Shown here one piece after another: positions 38,566-52,384 of a DNA stretch of 64,000 nt. How positions within the stretch are numbered: the stretch's first letter is position 1; each line of letters opens with the position of its first letter. The stretch is from the NCBI RefSeq assembly GCF_009914755.1, contig NC_060926.1; one strand, given 5' to 3'. The notes under the pieces are model-generated. The model saw nothing but the letters and a program-made list of their open reading frames with translations. It ran no database searches and was not told the DNA's origin. This DNA is from the human T2T-CHM13v2.0 reference genome, Homo sapiens. The translations under genes and the position numbers were made by a program.

Positions 38566-40529
38566 GAGACGAATGGAGGAGGAAATGAATAACAGAAGGA
38601 TTCTCTGGTGTCAGGACAGCATAGTGATCCAGAGAGTAAATCTGGATTAAGGGCGGGACTTGGACCCTGGCTCTGCAACTTCCTGATGAGCAGGACCAAG
38701 TTATTAATACTTAACTCCTCTAATAGCAATACGTCATTCATAGGATCTACTATGAACTGACCTAAGTCAGTTTCATCACACACGTTTCTTAGGTTCCTTC
38801 GGGTAGAATGGGTAACCTCAGAAGTTCAAGATGGGTGAGAGTTGGGGACCCTTTCTCTACAAGCTGGCTATCAGGTTAAAAAGGAAGGAAATTTCAAAAT
38901 TTTGCCATGTATATAGACATGTATTAGCAACCAAACCCAAAAGGAATCACAGTACCTGTTCTGTAAGCTCCACAATGTCCCAGCTCTCTGCCCCTTGACT
39001 GCCTGAAGCCTCATTTGCATGGAAGAGTCCTAGGAGGCAGACAACACTGACAGCAAGGCAGGATTCTGCTAATGTTACAACTGGCATCCAACACCAGATC
39101 TTCTTGCTTACTCGTGGCTGGACACCAGGCAGGTAAAGGAGTTCGCCTCCTGAGTTATTTCCATGGACTCAGGCCATAGGTGTCTCTGGATCTTTATACC
39201 CAACTCATATAAGGGTAGAGAATATTTCTAAAATATTTTATCCAGACCAAATAAATATCTTCAAGATCTTTATCTCAACTTTGAAAACCCATTTCTAACG
39301 CTTGCCATGCTATTTAACAAGACACTGATTTCACCAGTCTAGAAATATTTCTGACATTCTCTAAGCTAATTGGCAATGTATCTGATGTTAATAGAAATGC
39401 ATATAACAGATGCCTATTTTCGCCTTCAGGAGGTTTTTTGATTAGAATGCTAGCAGGCCACTCCTGCGTGTTCCACCCACATTAGACTAACAGCTGCACC
39501 TGGGCTGTGGCTTCACTGAAATCACGCACACCCAGGAACACATCATCTGGTTCAAAGACTCAAAGTAAATCACAGACACCATTAACAGAGCTGTGAAAGA
39601 TACTCAGAGATCCCATGTGCAAAGCCCTTAGCACTGTTCCTGGCACACTAGTAAATATAGAATAAATGCTCGCTATTGCTGTAATTGCTTTTTTAGAAGC
39701 CCTTCTCCATCTCCTTGAAGAAAGGAAGGAAAATTTTAATATCTAAGGGTAGAATGGAAAAGGAAGGTTATAGCATTTGTTGAGCAACTCCTGGGTGCCA
39801 GGCATTTCATGTGCTTTGCGGCATTTAACTGACACAAACCCCTGGCAGGGGGCTGTGGTTATCACTGACTCCCATATGAGAAAGCCAAGCTCAGATGGCG
39901 TAAGGCCCACAGCCGATGGCGCCAGAGCCAAGACTGAAAGTCTTACATGGGAAAGTCTGATGCGGCAGCCCAGCCACCTCCCCAGCAATGTGCTTTTTCA
40001 CTCTCAACGATTGGGAGATAGTAAAATTCAGAGGTGTCAGGAAGATCCAAGTCTCAGCAGAAGGCAGGTGGTCAGTACAAGGCACAGAGTCACGGCTGTA
40101 GACACAGCCAGGTCGCCTCAGGGGGCACAGGGCTGTGGTCTGACCAGAGAAAGCTAACTGGGTATTATCCCCTCAGGGTTGTCATGGGGTGAATTCTCCC
40201 AGAATGAGACTGCAAGTGGAATAAAATAAATGGGATGGGGAGTAAGTGACTTTTACACAACCCCACAGTCAGGCGTGGGCTATGACTCCATGAGTTTAAG
40301 ACAGTCTTGATACTCTTCAGGCTATTTGGACTCTTGAAGTTTTTCCTGGGGTAAAGGGGCCCCAGTGCCCTCCAGCTGTCCTCTGCAGGCACCCAGAGCT
40401 GGTCAAAGGAGCCCAGAGGCTCTGGGCAGGGCTTCAAGGGTGTGTGCTCCACACTAGTCACTGCCAGCATCCAAAGGGGTTCATCTTCTGAAATCCAGTA
40501 AAACCCAGTCCTTCCCTGGCCCCAGTGAA

Positions 40530-41130
40530 GGGTCCCGACTGCCCCTGCCAGCCTGAATAACTCAGGCCTCCACCCCTGCCTCCCTTGTTCTGCTTCAGCA
40601 ACTCTGGCCTCCAAAATCCCCACACACACTGCAGCCTCAAGCCTGCACAATTGCTGGTCTCTGCTTAGGACCCTGTTCCCTGGAGACTTTCCTCCCTCCA
40701 TCCAGACCTCACCCCATATGTCACCTTCTCTGAGATATGTGGATTGCCCTTTTAAGAGTAGCACCTCTCATGCCTGTAATCCCAACACTTTGGGAGGCCA
40801 AGGCAGGAGGATCATTTGAACCACGGAGGTTGAGGCTGCAATGAGCCGCAGTCACATCACTGCCCTCAGCCTGGGTGAGTGACAGAGCAAGACCCTCTCT
40901 CTCAAAGAGAAAAGAAAGAGCACTGCGGCCCCTCTTCCTTTCACCTTGCCTCCCTTTTCCTCATCACTGCCCAACACCACATTGCACATATTCTTTGTGA
41001 ATCCGTTCATTGTCTGCCTAAGACAGAAACGTAAGCTCCATGAGGAGAGGGACTTGCCTCTGTTTTGTTCACTGCTCTGTCTTCGGCGCCCAGTACAGAG
41101 TAGAGGTAAATAAATGCTTGCTGAATGAAG
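40530..41130 (+). mobile_element. L2 3' remnant interrupted by an Alu fragment (40767-40915)
   Basis: gtaagctccatgaggagagggact...ttcactgct...taaatgcttgctgaatgaa; Alu piece ctcatgcctgtaatcccaacactttgggagg. Confidence 0.7.
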
Positions 41131-42339
41131 GAAGTGAGTTCATCAGTCAATCCACCAGTCAGCGCAGAATATACTCCCTAAGGCATTACCAGAAGTAAAT
41201 CCAAGGACCACTTGGGTCAGAATTCCTTAGAGGACTTATACATGCAGATTCCTGGCTAGGAAGGAAATGGCATTTTCATGGTTCTGTGAAGGGAGGAGAC
41301 CACCTCTCATATTGTCTTATGCCCAATTTCTGCCTCCAAAGAAAAAAGAAGTAAAAACTAAAAAGCAGAAATGAAATCCACAGCCAGCCAGCCCAGTGCC
41401 ATGCCCTGGGCCTGGTAGCTAAAAATCAACCCCTGACTTAACTGCTTGTGTTATCTATAGATTCCAGACATTGTATGGAAAAGCACTGTGAAAATCCCTG
41501 TCCTGTTCTGTTCCGTTCTGATCACCGGTGCATGCAGCCCCTAGTCACGTACCCCCTGCTTGCTCAATCGATCACGGCCCTCTCACGCAGACCCCCTTAG
41601 AGTTGTAAGCCCTTAAAAGGAACAGGGATTGCTTACTAGGGGAGCTTGGTTTTTTGAGACATAAGTCTGCCAAAGCTCCTGTCAAATAAAGCCCTTTCCT
41701 TCCTCAACTCAGTGTCTGAGGGGTTTCATCTGCAGCTCATCCTACTACATTTCTTGGTTCTCTGACCGGGAAGTGAGGTGATTGGTGGATGGTCGAGGCA
41801 GCCCCTTAGTCGGCTTAGGCCTGCCCTGTGGAGCATCCCTGCAGGGGACTCCAGCCAGCTTTAGTGACATGAATCCTGAGAGCACTCCCAGGTAGGCAAT
41901 TGCCTCAGTGGAATGCCTCACCAGAGAGTACACGGTAGGCCCCCCCACGGAGGATTAACAGTGGCTGAACACCAGGAAGAAATCGGCACCTGGAGTCCGG
42001 ACATCTGGAACACGGTAAGACCAATCTTGGAACTTGCCCACTCTGAGTGGAAATGTGGCCTGATCACCCATGGCGTGCCTTAATCGGCACCTTGGTTTTG
42101 GTTTTGATTTTGACTAGATTTGCACTGTTTTGGTTTAGATTTCAGTATTGACTTTTGGATTTGAACTGTTTTGGATTTGATTTCGGTTCTGACTTGGCTC
42201 AAATTGCTTGATGAATGAGTAACTCCTTATCCATACTTTGGTTTTAGTGTGAACTGCTTGGTGAGTGAGTGACTTTTTGCCCCTTTTCCCCCTCTCTGTT
42301 TGTAGTTAAGAGTGTTGTTTTGTCTCCTGAGAGAGGAAA

Positions 42340-42680
42340 ATGAGTAAAACACCAAGTAAGCCTACCCGATAGGAACTATGTTAAAGAATTTCAAGAAAGG
42401 ATTCAATGGGGACTATGGAATCACTATGACACCTGGAAAGCTTAAGGCTTTGTGTGAGATAGATTGGCCAGCATTAGAGTTGGGATGGCCATCAGAAAGA
42501 AGCCTAGACAGGTCCCTATTTTCAAAGGTATGGCACAAAGTAACTGGTAAATTAGGACACCCAGATCAGTTTCCATACATAGATAGTGGGTTACAGCTGG
42601 TTTTAGACCCCCGACAGTGGTTAAGATGACAGGCAGCAGTAGTACTAGTGGCAAAGGGACAGGCAGCCAAGGAAGAAAGA
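42340..42680 (+). pseudogene. gag: HERV-E-like gag (matrix) remnant
   Basis: MLKNFKKGFNGDYGITMTPGKLKALCEIDWPALELGWPSERSLDRSLFSKVWHKVTGKLGHPDQFPYID; disrupted by a frameshift and a stop. Confidence 0.85.
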
Positions 42681-42810
42681 GTAGCTCCACTCCCGCCGGT
42701 CCCTTCCCTAGGGGAAGAGGAAGGAGAGAGGAGAACAGCAGCATAAGCGGCTGGCAGAGGCAAGGAAAGACCAGCAGAGAGAAAAAGAGAGAGAGAGAGA
42801 AAGAGAGAAA

Positions 42811-42989
42811 GAGAGAGGGGAGGAAGAGAGAGGGGAGGAAGAGAGAGGGGAGGAAGAGAGAGGGGAGGAAGAGAGAGGGGAGGAAGAGAGAGGGGAGGAA
42901 GAGAGGGGGAGGAAGAGAGAGGGGAGGAAGAGAGAGGGGAGGAAGAGAGAGGGGAGGAAGAGAGAGGGGAGGAAGAGAGAGGGGATGAA
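42811..42989. repeat. 15-bp minisatellite (gagagaggggaggaa), about 12 copies
   Basis: Six perfect units, one 14-bp unit, then five further units. Confidence 0.95.
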
Positions 42990-44339
42990 GTATTCAAAAA
43001 GAGAGAAAGAAAGGCAGAGAGAGGAACAGACAGACAAAAAGAAAGTCAAAGAGAGAGATAAAGTCAAAGAGAGAAAAAGAGATATACAAGCAGTTAAGAA
43101 AAAAAAGTGTACTCTATTCCTTTAAAAGCCATGGTAAATTTAGAACCTATAATTGATAATTAAAGGTCTTATCGGTGACCATGTAACACTCCAATACCAC
43201 TTTGTTGTCAGTGTAAACAAGGGTGTAGCCTGAAAGCACTGAGGCCACTGACAACCCACAGCCCGTAGCCTTCCTATCAAAATTCCTTAACCCAGTAACC
43301 TGCGGATGGCCCAAATACATTCAATCTGTAGCAGCATCGGCTTTGCTAACAGAAAAAAGTAGAAAAATAACCTTTAAAGGAAACCTCATTGTGAGCACAC
43401 CTCACCAGTTCAGAACTATCCAAAAAAAAAAAAAAAAAAGAGAGGGTTGGGGGTGGAGAATTTATGTCAAAAGAATGTTATATAGTAAATTCTTATCCGA
43501 AAATTAATTAACTGGTTGTTTAAAGAAAGGGATGTTTGCAGTAAGTCAGAAAGTTGATACATGTCGAAAAATTGTCTGTGAAAGTCGTGAAAGAAGAAAA
43601 AAATTTGTGTTATAAAAAAGGAATTTATGCAAGAAATGTTGTATAATTTAAAAGTAATTAGGCCTCCTGAATGTAAAACTATTGAAGAAACAGTTTATAC
43701 ATGTACAAGGTGTATAAGAAAAGTGAAATATACTTTTAGTAAAAGTATTATAAGGAGGTGTAAAAATGTGAATTTTTACCTACATTAAAAGGTTAAAAAA
43801 ATTTGTTTTGAAGGTTTAAGCAAGTTTTAAGATGTTAATTGTAAAGGAAATTCTGTGTGTAAACATATTGGCTAAAGTTAAAGGGGTATCATCCAGTTTT
43901 TCTGTACATTAAAGTAAAAACACAACAGGTTTTCCTTAAAGCACTAACCTGCCCTTTAACAAAAATTATAAAAGGTTAAAAAGAGTCTATAAAAATCTTA
44001 CCTTATGGTCAGACATTAAAAATTGAATAACTATGTCTACAAAGTTTTATTAAAACTAAGTTTAACATTAATAACACACTAATGTAAAGGCGAAATCTAG
44101 CTTATCTGGTATAAACACACAGGAAGCATTGTCAGATATAAAATGGTGTTTGGCTTTCTTTGGTCTAAAAACTAAAAAATAGGTGCTAAAGGAAATTTCT
44201 CAGTAAGAAGGTACCGAGGACTATAAAGTCCACTGCTGATGTCCCCACATTTAAAACAAAAGGTCAATTTCTTAGAAATTATATACTTTATCTTCCACTT
44301 TCCTTTCCCTCAAAACTAAAAGTCTTTTAGCACATGTAC

Positions 44340-45480
44340 CACCCCTAGAATTTCCGGTAAACCAGCACCAGCCCAAAGACTATGTTCTCATCAAAGGGTG
44401 GAAAGAAGAAAAACTCGAGCCAGCCTGGGAAGGAACCTACCTTATGCTGCTAACCACCGAGACTTCTGTTTGTACAGAGAAAAAGGGATGGATTCATCAC
44501 ACCTGAGTCAAGAAAGCGCCACCCCCTCCAGTGTCTTGGGCCATAGTCCCAGGGGAAAACCCTACCAAACTAAAGCTAAGAAAAATTTAACTCTTTCATC
44601 TATTCTATTACTCTTTCTTCTTTCTTCACTCTATTGCTGACCATCTAGTTATTAACATAACCAAGTCGATTTCACCTCAAACTATTGCATTTAATGCTTG
44701 CCTTGTTATACCCTGTGGGGACTTGCCAAGTCAAAGACAGCTCTCTACTTCAGAAAAGTACCTCTGTCCCTCCTGACTCTCCTCAGACTGGGCATTAGTA
44801 AATTGGGACCATTTAATCTGGGGAGATTTTGATAAAGACCCCAGTGTCAACCAGGAGTCTTGCCCCCTGAATGTAGAGCTTTTATGCCGTAGTTGGTCCA
44901 ATGTTCTGTGGACCACTAAAGAGCAAGGATGGACTGCCCCAACTGGTTTTTGTAATTTCCTAAAACCATACATTCATTTTACTAGAGGATCATAGAAGTT
45001 AAAGACTTAAACTTTGGCAATTAAGACAGGATACCAAGACGCAAATGCCTGGTTAGAATGGATCAAATATTCTGTCTGCACATTAAACAAAAGCAATTGT
45101 TATGCTTGTGCACATGGCAGGCCAGAGGCCCAGATTGTCCCCCTTCCACTAAGGTGGTCCTCCAGTCAACCAGGCGTGGGCTGCATGGTAGCTTTTTTCC
45201 AGGATTCTACAGCCTGGAGTAATAAGTCATGCCAAGCTCTCTCTGCTATATCCCAAAGTTCAGCACCCTGCGGGTCAGCCCCCAAGGGCCATCCAGTTTC
45301 CATCTCCCAACACTAAGTTCACTTTGTGTCTCTCACAACAAGGCGGAAATTTAGCATTCCTTGGAGACCTGAAGGGATGCGATGAGCTTAAGAACTTTCA
45401 AGAGCTTACCAGTAAGTCAGCCCTTGTTCATCCCCGAGCGGATGTGTGGTGGTATTGTGGGTGGACCTTTACTATATGAA
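44340..45480 (+). pseudogene. Integrase C-terminus and env remnants of the Harlequin internal region
   Basis: Translated pieces HQPKDYVLIKGWKEEKLEPAWEG... (IN C-terminus) and GYQDANAWLEWIKYSVCTLNKSNCYACAHGRPEAQIVP (env SU-like). Confidence 0.75.
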
Positions 45481-47589
45481 TCACTATCAATCTGTCTTAC
45501 CAGAAGACATGGGTAGTGAGGATGAAAGTGAGAACTCCCACTAATGAGTAAAGTTCTCAAAGGGGGGTGATAAGGGAGGAGACCACCCCTCATATTGTCT
45601 TATGCCCAATTTCTGCCTCCAAAGAAAGAAGAAGTAAAAACTAAAAGGTAGAAATGAAATCCACAGACAGCCTGGTGCTGCGCCCTGGGCCTGGTAGTTA
45701 AAAATCAACCCCTGACTTAACTGCTTGTGTTATCTATAGATTCCAGACATTGTATGGAAAAGCATCATGAAAATCCCTGTCCTGTTCCTTTCTGTTCTGT
45801 TCTGATTACTGGTGCATGCAGCTCCCAGTCACGTACCCCCTGCTTGCTCAATCGATCATGACCCTCTCACTCAGACCCCCTTAGAGCTATAAGCCCTTAA
45901 AAGGGACAAGAGTTGCTCACTCAGGGAGCTCAGTTTTTTGAGATGTAAGTCTGCCAACACTCCTGGCTGAATAAAGCCCTTTCCTTCCTCAACTCTGTGT
46001 CTGAGGGGTTTTGTCTGCAGCTCGTCCCGCTACACTGTCATCAGCATCCACCCCCCACCACCCTACCCCTGCACCCACCCCCCACCCCGCCTGTATAGAG
46101 GCCTCCAGAGGAAGGCAAGAGGCAAGGTGAAGGGAATGACTGCTTGGCCACCCAGGAGGGTAGGTACTTGGCATAGGGTTCCCAGCCCTCCCCATCACCC
46201 CAGCCCATCCAGGTTCCCAGGCACCAAGCATGGCTAAGAAGCAGCAGAGCTGTCAGCCTTGCAGGGATACCTGTGAGCTCAGTATATGTGGCTCTCAGTA
46301 GCAAGCGTGGCAGACAGGATATATGAGGGCCCTCCCCAGTTTTCAGACACGGTCTAGCTCTTCTTTAATCTGCAACCCCTGGGAAGTGGGGGGTCTCTGG
46401 TACTGGCTGAGATTGAGGCTTAAAATCAGATTATTTTTAATAAGAAATAAAGATGTGATTTTTAAAATTGTTTTTACCACTAACCATAAAGTAGGTAAAT
46501 TATATCATCATCTTAACCTTCTATAATATGCATTCTTTAGTTTCTCAGTAGTTTTAATATCTAATATTTATTCAGTATTAAATTCAAATTATATTCAAGA
46601 ACTATTAAGTCATACTTTGAAACTCATTAAAATATATTCAAATGAAAATTGAAGTCAGACTGTTTCTGTCTCTGGAAACAGATTTAATTTGATTTAGAGA
46701 AAACAAATTGATAGAGAAGTCTCTTTAAATGCAGATTCCTGGGATCCATCCCAGGTCCACTGAATCAGAATCTGGTGGTAGAGGCTTGGTACTTGCATTC
46801 TTACCAGGCTCCACTCAGAATTCTCAGTTCTTTTCCCCCCAAACCTGTGAGGTTTGAGATGCCCTGCAATGTCTGCCCCTCAGGTAAGTGGGAATGTTAG
46901 AAGACCCAGAGTGGGAGGGTAAGAACTGGGCCCCCAGCCTCCCCATGCTCCAAGGTACTTGATAAGGACAGTGTACAGGAAGGACCTTGTCTCCGAGGCC
47001 TGCCAAGGCGGGCCAACAGCTGAACAAACCAAGTGGAGGTAGAGAGGCTCGAATTCACGAGGGAAAAAGGGATGGAGAAGAAACAAGAGGAAAAATATAG
47101 GGTTAACAAACAATGAAGGTTAATATTAGCTAAGAATGATGTCCAGGTTTCTTTAACACATTGTGGAAAGAGGAAAGAAAAGATAGAAGCTTCTTTTGAA
47201 ATCAGGCAGGCCAAGAACTGGATGCAGTGAGCATTTCTGTGGATTCAAGCAAAGAACACGTGTCTATGATGGAGAGGACTAGGGCCTGAACCTTGGCCAC
47301 TCACATTCTGTTTCTCCGGGATGATCACTGATCTGTGCCTAGGATTCCTCATCTATAAGAGGCATGTATCATTATCTGTGCTTTCCCCTTGAGATTTTGG
47401 AGGGGAGGCTGGTAGAGTCCATATATGAGAGAAAATTCCAACCAGGAATAATTCTTGCCCATGCTGGCACTCCAAAGGATGCAGCAGAAACAGCTCTAAC
47501 CCTGGTCTGCTTCTTGTTGTTTGCCCATACCAAGTGCATGACCACTAAGACTTTGAATTTGCTCTAACCCTACCGGGACCAGTCTTTCT

Positions 47590-47950
47590 CTTCACCTCCA
47601 CGTTGAACTTGCTGTCCTTTTTTTTTTCTTTTTTTGCCTGGAACATTCTTTCCATCTCCACATGCTACCTTCTCATCAATCAGGTCTAGGCTTGACTTTC
47701 ACCACTTCAGAGAGACCTTCCCAGGCCTCCTTATCCGATATATTGCCTCCTCCCCTCCCCACTCTGTCACATCATCCTCTTTTTTCTTTGTCTTAGTACT
47801 TATCACTCTGAAATTATCTAATTTGTTCACAAGTGTGTTGCCCACACCTGAGCTGTCATGGGAGTTCCTTGAGGGCAGAAGCCTTTTCCTGTGAGCATAT
47901 TCCCTGAAATAAAGGAGACATCCATAAATATCCAAGAATGAGTGAATTAA
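47590..47950 (+). mobile_element. L2 3' remnant
   Basis: tgcctggaacattc...cacttcagagagaccttccc...ttccttgagggcagaagc...gaatgagtgaat. Confidence 0.6.
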
Positions 47951-48990
47951 TGACCTTCCTTGAGTTGCCTCTTGGTCCACCTGCTGTCTATTCTACTCTC
48001 AGTTCTTCTCCCCTTGATTCTTTTGGTCTTTTTATCTCTGCCCTTCCCCACTTTGTCCTCTAGGTCCCTGAGTCTGACTGTATTTCCCCAACACAATGCT
48101 GGAGTGGAAGGTTTTAGGCCCCTCCATTTCTCCTATAGGATATTGGCTTGAAATAATCCAGCCTGGGCAGGAATCATTGAAGTTAACCGACCATTCTCTC
48201 ATAAAAGACCTAGTGCTGATGCATTATTAAGTAGACATCTCCTCATCAAAGAGGGCCTTCTGGCCACCCAGTTTGAGAAGGCAGGGAAGGGAGCATGGAA
48301 GGTAAAACCCCCTCCTGCTATATTAACCAACAGGCACTGGGGGTGAACGATGAGAGCCCAGAGATGAGAGCCCTCTGGAGTACTGAAAAAGAAGAAAATA
48401 AGATTGCTCTTAGGTAAACAGGAAACTGAGCAACCTTGGATCAGGGGTGCAAGCTTGGCCAAATCTCAGGTGGAGGCACAGCCATATCTAAAGGAAGGAT
48501 CTCTCCTTCAAAGGAGTGGGTTGGCCCTGGAATTATGTAGATGTTTGTTTAGCCTCATTACTTGCCAAACATCTTGCCAAAAGATCTCCTTGCATTACCT
48601 CCTGTAATCCTCCCAACAGCCCTTTTCTTTGCTACTGTTGGTCTTATAAGAATGAGATTCCTAAACCCATGGGAATACGAACCATGTCTTTTGTTTCTCG
48701 TGATTCTTTTGCTTAATATTTTGTCCAAACATCACAGCACAGAATTCAGTTCTGGGAGGAAGAGCCATTGTTTATTTCCTCCACCCTGGGATTTTCCTTC
48801 CTTCTGAAAATATTCTCCTTCTTTATTAGCTTCTGTATCTACAGCAGCTACATAGCCCATTCCTTGCTCTATTTTAGATTCTTCTGTTCTGTGAGGAATG
48901 CCTCTGTTACATTTATTTGATGGCCATTACTTATTTCAAAGCAATAGAGCCTGGTGGCTGGGCAAATGAACTTTTGAAAATAAGAGACCC

Positions 48991-49309
48991 GCAAGGCACG
49001 GTGGCTCACACCTGTAATCTCAGCACTTTGGGAGGCTGAGGCAGAAGGATTTGAGCCCAGGAGTTCAAGATGAACCTAGGTAACATAGTGAGACCCTGTC
49101 TTTACAAATAAAAAGAAAAAAAAACAGCCGGGCTTGGTAGTCCATGTGGTCCCAGCTACTTGGGAAGGTGAAGTGGGAGGATCCTTTGAGCCCAGGAGGT
49201 CAAGGCTACATACAACCAGCCGTGATTGCACCACTGCACTCCAGCCAGGGAGACAGAGCAAGACCTTGTCTCAAAAAAAAAAAAAAAAAATCACAACAAC
49301 AACAAAAAA
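48991..49309 (+). mobile_element. AluJ inserted in a MIR
   Basis: gcacggtggctcacacctgtaatctcagc...gagcccaggaggtcaaggct...A tail; MIR core follows (ttgggcaagttaacctct). Confidence 0.9.
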
Positions 49310-49559
49310 CCGTATTTCATTTCAGGTGCTGCCACCAAATAGATACATGACATTGGGCAAGTTAACCTCTTTGTGCTGATTTCTGTCAGTGAAATGGGCT
49401 TAAAAATAGTTAACCTTAGGATTATTGTGAAAGTTATCATCAAGAGTTACAGTGTAAAGAGTAAATTATTATGAAGTGTTAAAATGTAATGAAAACACAC
49501 AGAACAATATCTGGAAGGGGAAGTTAAGCTGGAGAGAATATTTGGGAAAGAAGATGGTA

Positions 49560-50200
49560 AATGCTGAGCAAATGATAGCTGGTAAGGTTTTTTGACTGCG
49601 AGTAAAAGAAATTGCATTTAGCTAATCAAAGCAAAAAAAAAAATGAAGTTCATCATAAAGATCCTGGGTCACTAATTAGCTCAAGGTAATAAGATCAATT
49701 TGGGGAGGGATGGGCCTACAGGGAACCCAGCCTTCATGCGGAACCTTATCCTGAGTGTTGTTGCTGGGGTGACCCAGCAGCAATGGCCTTCCATTCTGAT
49801 TCTGGTCTCGGAAAATCTGGGTCATGTTTTTCCTTTGGGAGAAAGGAGAGTCAGCCTTGTGATGGATAGTTCCTCCAAGATTATATTGAATGGGATAGGA
49901 ATTGAAATCTATTAATCTCATATTGCTGCTACGACAAATTACCACACACTTTAAACACCACGAATTTATTGTTTTACAGTTGTAGCATTCAGAAGTCCAC
50001 AATCAATCTCAGTGGGCTAACATCAAGGCACTGGCAAGGCTGCATTCCTACAGGCTGCTATGAGAGCCTTACCTAACTTATGGTAGTCACAGAGTGTATC
50101 ATATCACCTCTGCCAATATAGGGTAACCTAATCAATGGCATGATATCCCATCATATTCACAGGGCCTAGCCACATTCAACAGAAGGGGACTGTACACACC
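49560..50200 (-). mobile_element. MLT1-type MaLR LTR remnants (two adjacent pieces)
   Basis: attgctgctacgacaaattaccacac...aatttattgttttacagttgtag...agaagtcc...atatcccatcatattcacagg. Confidence 0.6.
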
Positions 50201-52384
50201 AGTTGTGTGTCTAAGATATGCCTTTTAGCAAGGTGGACAGACAGGTAATCAGATAGTGGGACAGCGTGGGAGGTGCTGTCACAAAGGTGTGTGAGAGACC
50301 TTCTGGACAACTATGAGTCAAAGTTCCTGCGAAAGAGGAAGAAAATGGGGTCCTGGGCAGAGCATAGGGGCATTCAGAAAGATGAATTCTGGGCTGTATT
50401 TTGAAGGATGAAGATTAATCTCTGATGGGAGCCATGCATGTAAACCAAGGGAAAACTAAATTCAGGTTTCTAGTTAAAAGGTTAATGCTTTAATTTAGAC
50501 CACAGCTGAATCCCAGAAAAGCCAGAAATTAAATCCAGGCAGAATTAATCATTTAATCAGCCAGTCAGGCTACCTTGATTTGCTTTGGCAATTTAAGAGA
50601 GCTTAGTAGATAGTGCAATATGAACCCCATTTCTAAAGCTTGCTCCATCTTGAAATTCTTCTTAGCTGAGGATTTGTAGTGAATTCTCAGAGTCTGTTGG
50701 CTCTTTAAAAAAAAAAAATGTCGTAAAGAAGCAGGCATATATGGAGTTGCTGGGAGGAAAAGTAGTCATAATATTGTCGAGATAGTATGGTGGTTGAATT
50801 CACCAATCAGCCAGTTGCCCTGGGCTTATTAGTTTCTTTTTAATCTTACACTGCAATATAGAACTGCAGGATGGCGTGAATTGCGAAAAAGAAAAGAAGC
50901 AGAGGAGGGAGGAAAAATGATTAAAGCACACACAAAATAGAAAGGGAGCAAGTGGAAAGCGGCCCCTGAAGTTCCAGCTGGCTAGTGGTGATTGATCACA
51001 GCTCCATTCGCTGTTAGATTTGTGGAGGTGGTGGGGTGGAGGCCCTGATTCTCTTGATATTCCTTTTTTCACCAGTTTTAGAGTTGGCTCAGTATAAACT
51101 AAGCCTAGAAATTTGGAATATTCAAAGATTTTATTTTTGTGTACATTTTTATCAAAGTAACTCATGCATTTCTTTAAAATCAGGTTTTACAGAGGGACTT
51201 TTAGTGAAAGACAGCAATTTCAGTTCAGTGGTTCCTGCCCTATCTACAAATAATGTATTTGTGTCTCTCAAATACACAAATACATTAGTCTGGATTTGCA
51301 CATCAAAACTTCTATAATCATGTATTTGTGTCTCTTTGTGTATTAATTTGAGAGATCTCCTGACTTCCTTTAGTAGATCAGTTTCACTCACCTAAATTAT
51401 CACACCAACCCTAACCCCAGTATAGTTTTATCACTATTTGTATCACAATTATTTAGTAATATACTATTATTTAGTGATCACTATTATGTAGTGACTATTA
51501 TTTTGTCACTTTAGATGATATACTATAACCTTTGTTTTCTGTTCCATTGTCCATAAACACTTGTGCCTCTTTTTCTCCCTTTCACTGAAGGGATTTAGAA
51601 AAAAAAAAAAACTGGGATGTTGACAGGTGAAAATAGTTACACCAGATGTTCATAAATGGTTTGTAACAGAAGTGTTTCATGTGTAAATACATTTAAGACA
51701 TCCTGGATAAATGAAATAGAACAAATTTCTCTATAATGGAGCAATTCAGAAGCTTTGAAGTGCAAATCCACAGTGTGAAACTTCTGAAGGATGCGTAGTG
51801 TATAGCGTTTCACAAACTTGATCATAGAAACATATTTGGTTGGTTACTTTCCTCCACAGAACATCTATTCACATTTTAGGGAAATGCTTCTAAAATAGTA
51901 GGGGAGGTAGTGTCCCGTTTCTTGTGATGTTAGGAGTACGAAAAATCTCCTTTTACTAAAACAGTGTACCCTTTTTGAGCACTTGCAACGTGCCTGTGCG
52001 GTACTGAGTGCTGGCACATAGCATCCTGTGAGCAATGTACTAATAGTATCTTCACTTTACAAATAGGAAGATCAAGACATAGAAATGGCAGATCATTTCG
52101 TCCAGCATCCCACAATTAGCTAAGTGGTCAAGTCAGGATTCTAATCACTTTAGAGCTCCCTAAATATACTATACTTCCTCTCCCACTGGCTATCGCACTG
52201 CCCAGAATGAGGGCATTACAAGGGCACTTTTTAAAGTAGTTACACATTTTAGCAGGCTTAGTCATTTCTATAATCATTATGCTGTCTCTATCTCTATACT
52301 ATAATGCATCATACACCAACAGCACGTGCATCCATTATTTCAGTTGAGCCCTGTCAGACAGTAGAGCTGACAATGATACAGAGG

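Larger units (their letters stand above)
41288..46034 (+). mobile_element. LTR2/Harlequin (HERV-E-related) non-autonomous provirus with both LTRs
   Basis: 5' LTR 41288-41749, 3' LTR 45571-46034, 4-bp TSD ctgt (41284-41287 / 46035-46038), tRNA-Glu PBS tggttctctgaccgggaa (41755-41772), PPT aaagggggg before the 3' LTR. Confidence 0.92.

Noticed and set aside
40165-40764. 199-aa minus-strand ORF
   Set aside because: No recognisable domain, no ATG at the annotated start, and it overlaps L2-derived sequence.
51420-51530. Degenerate ctattatttagtga repeats
   Set aside because: AT-rich low-complexity sequence with no regular spacers; not CRISPR-like and no sign of function.
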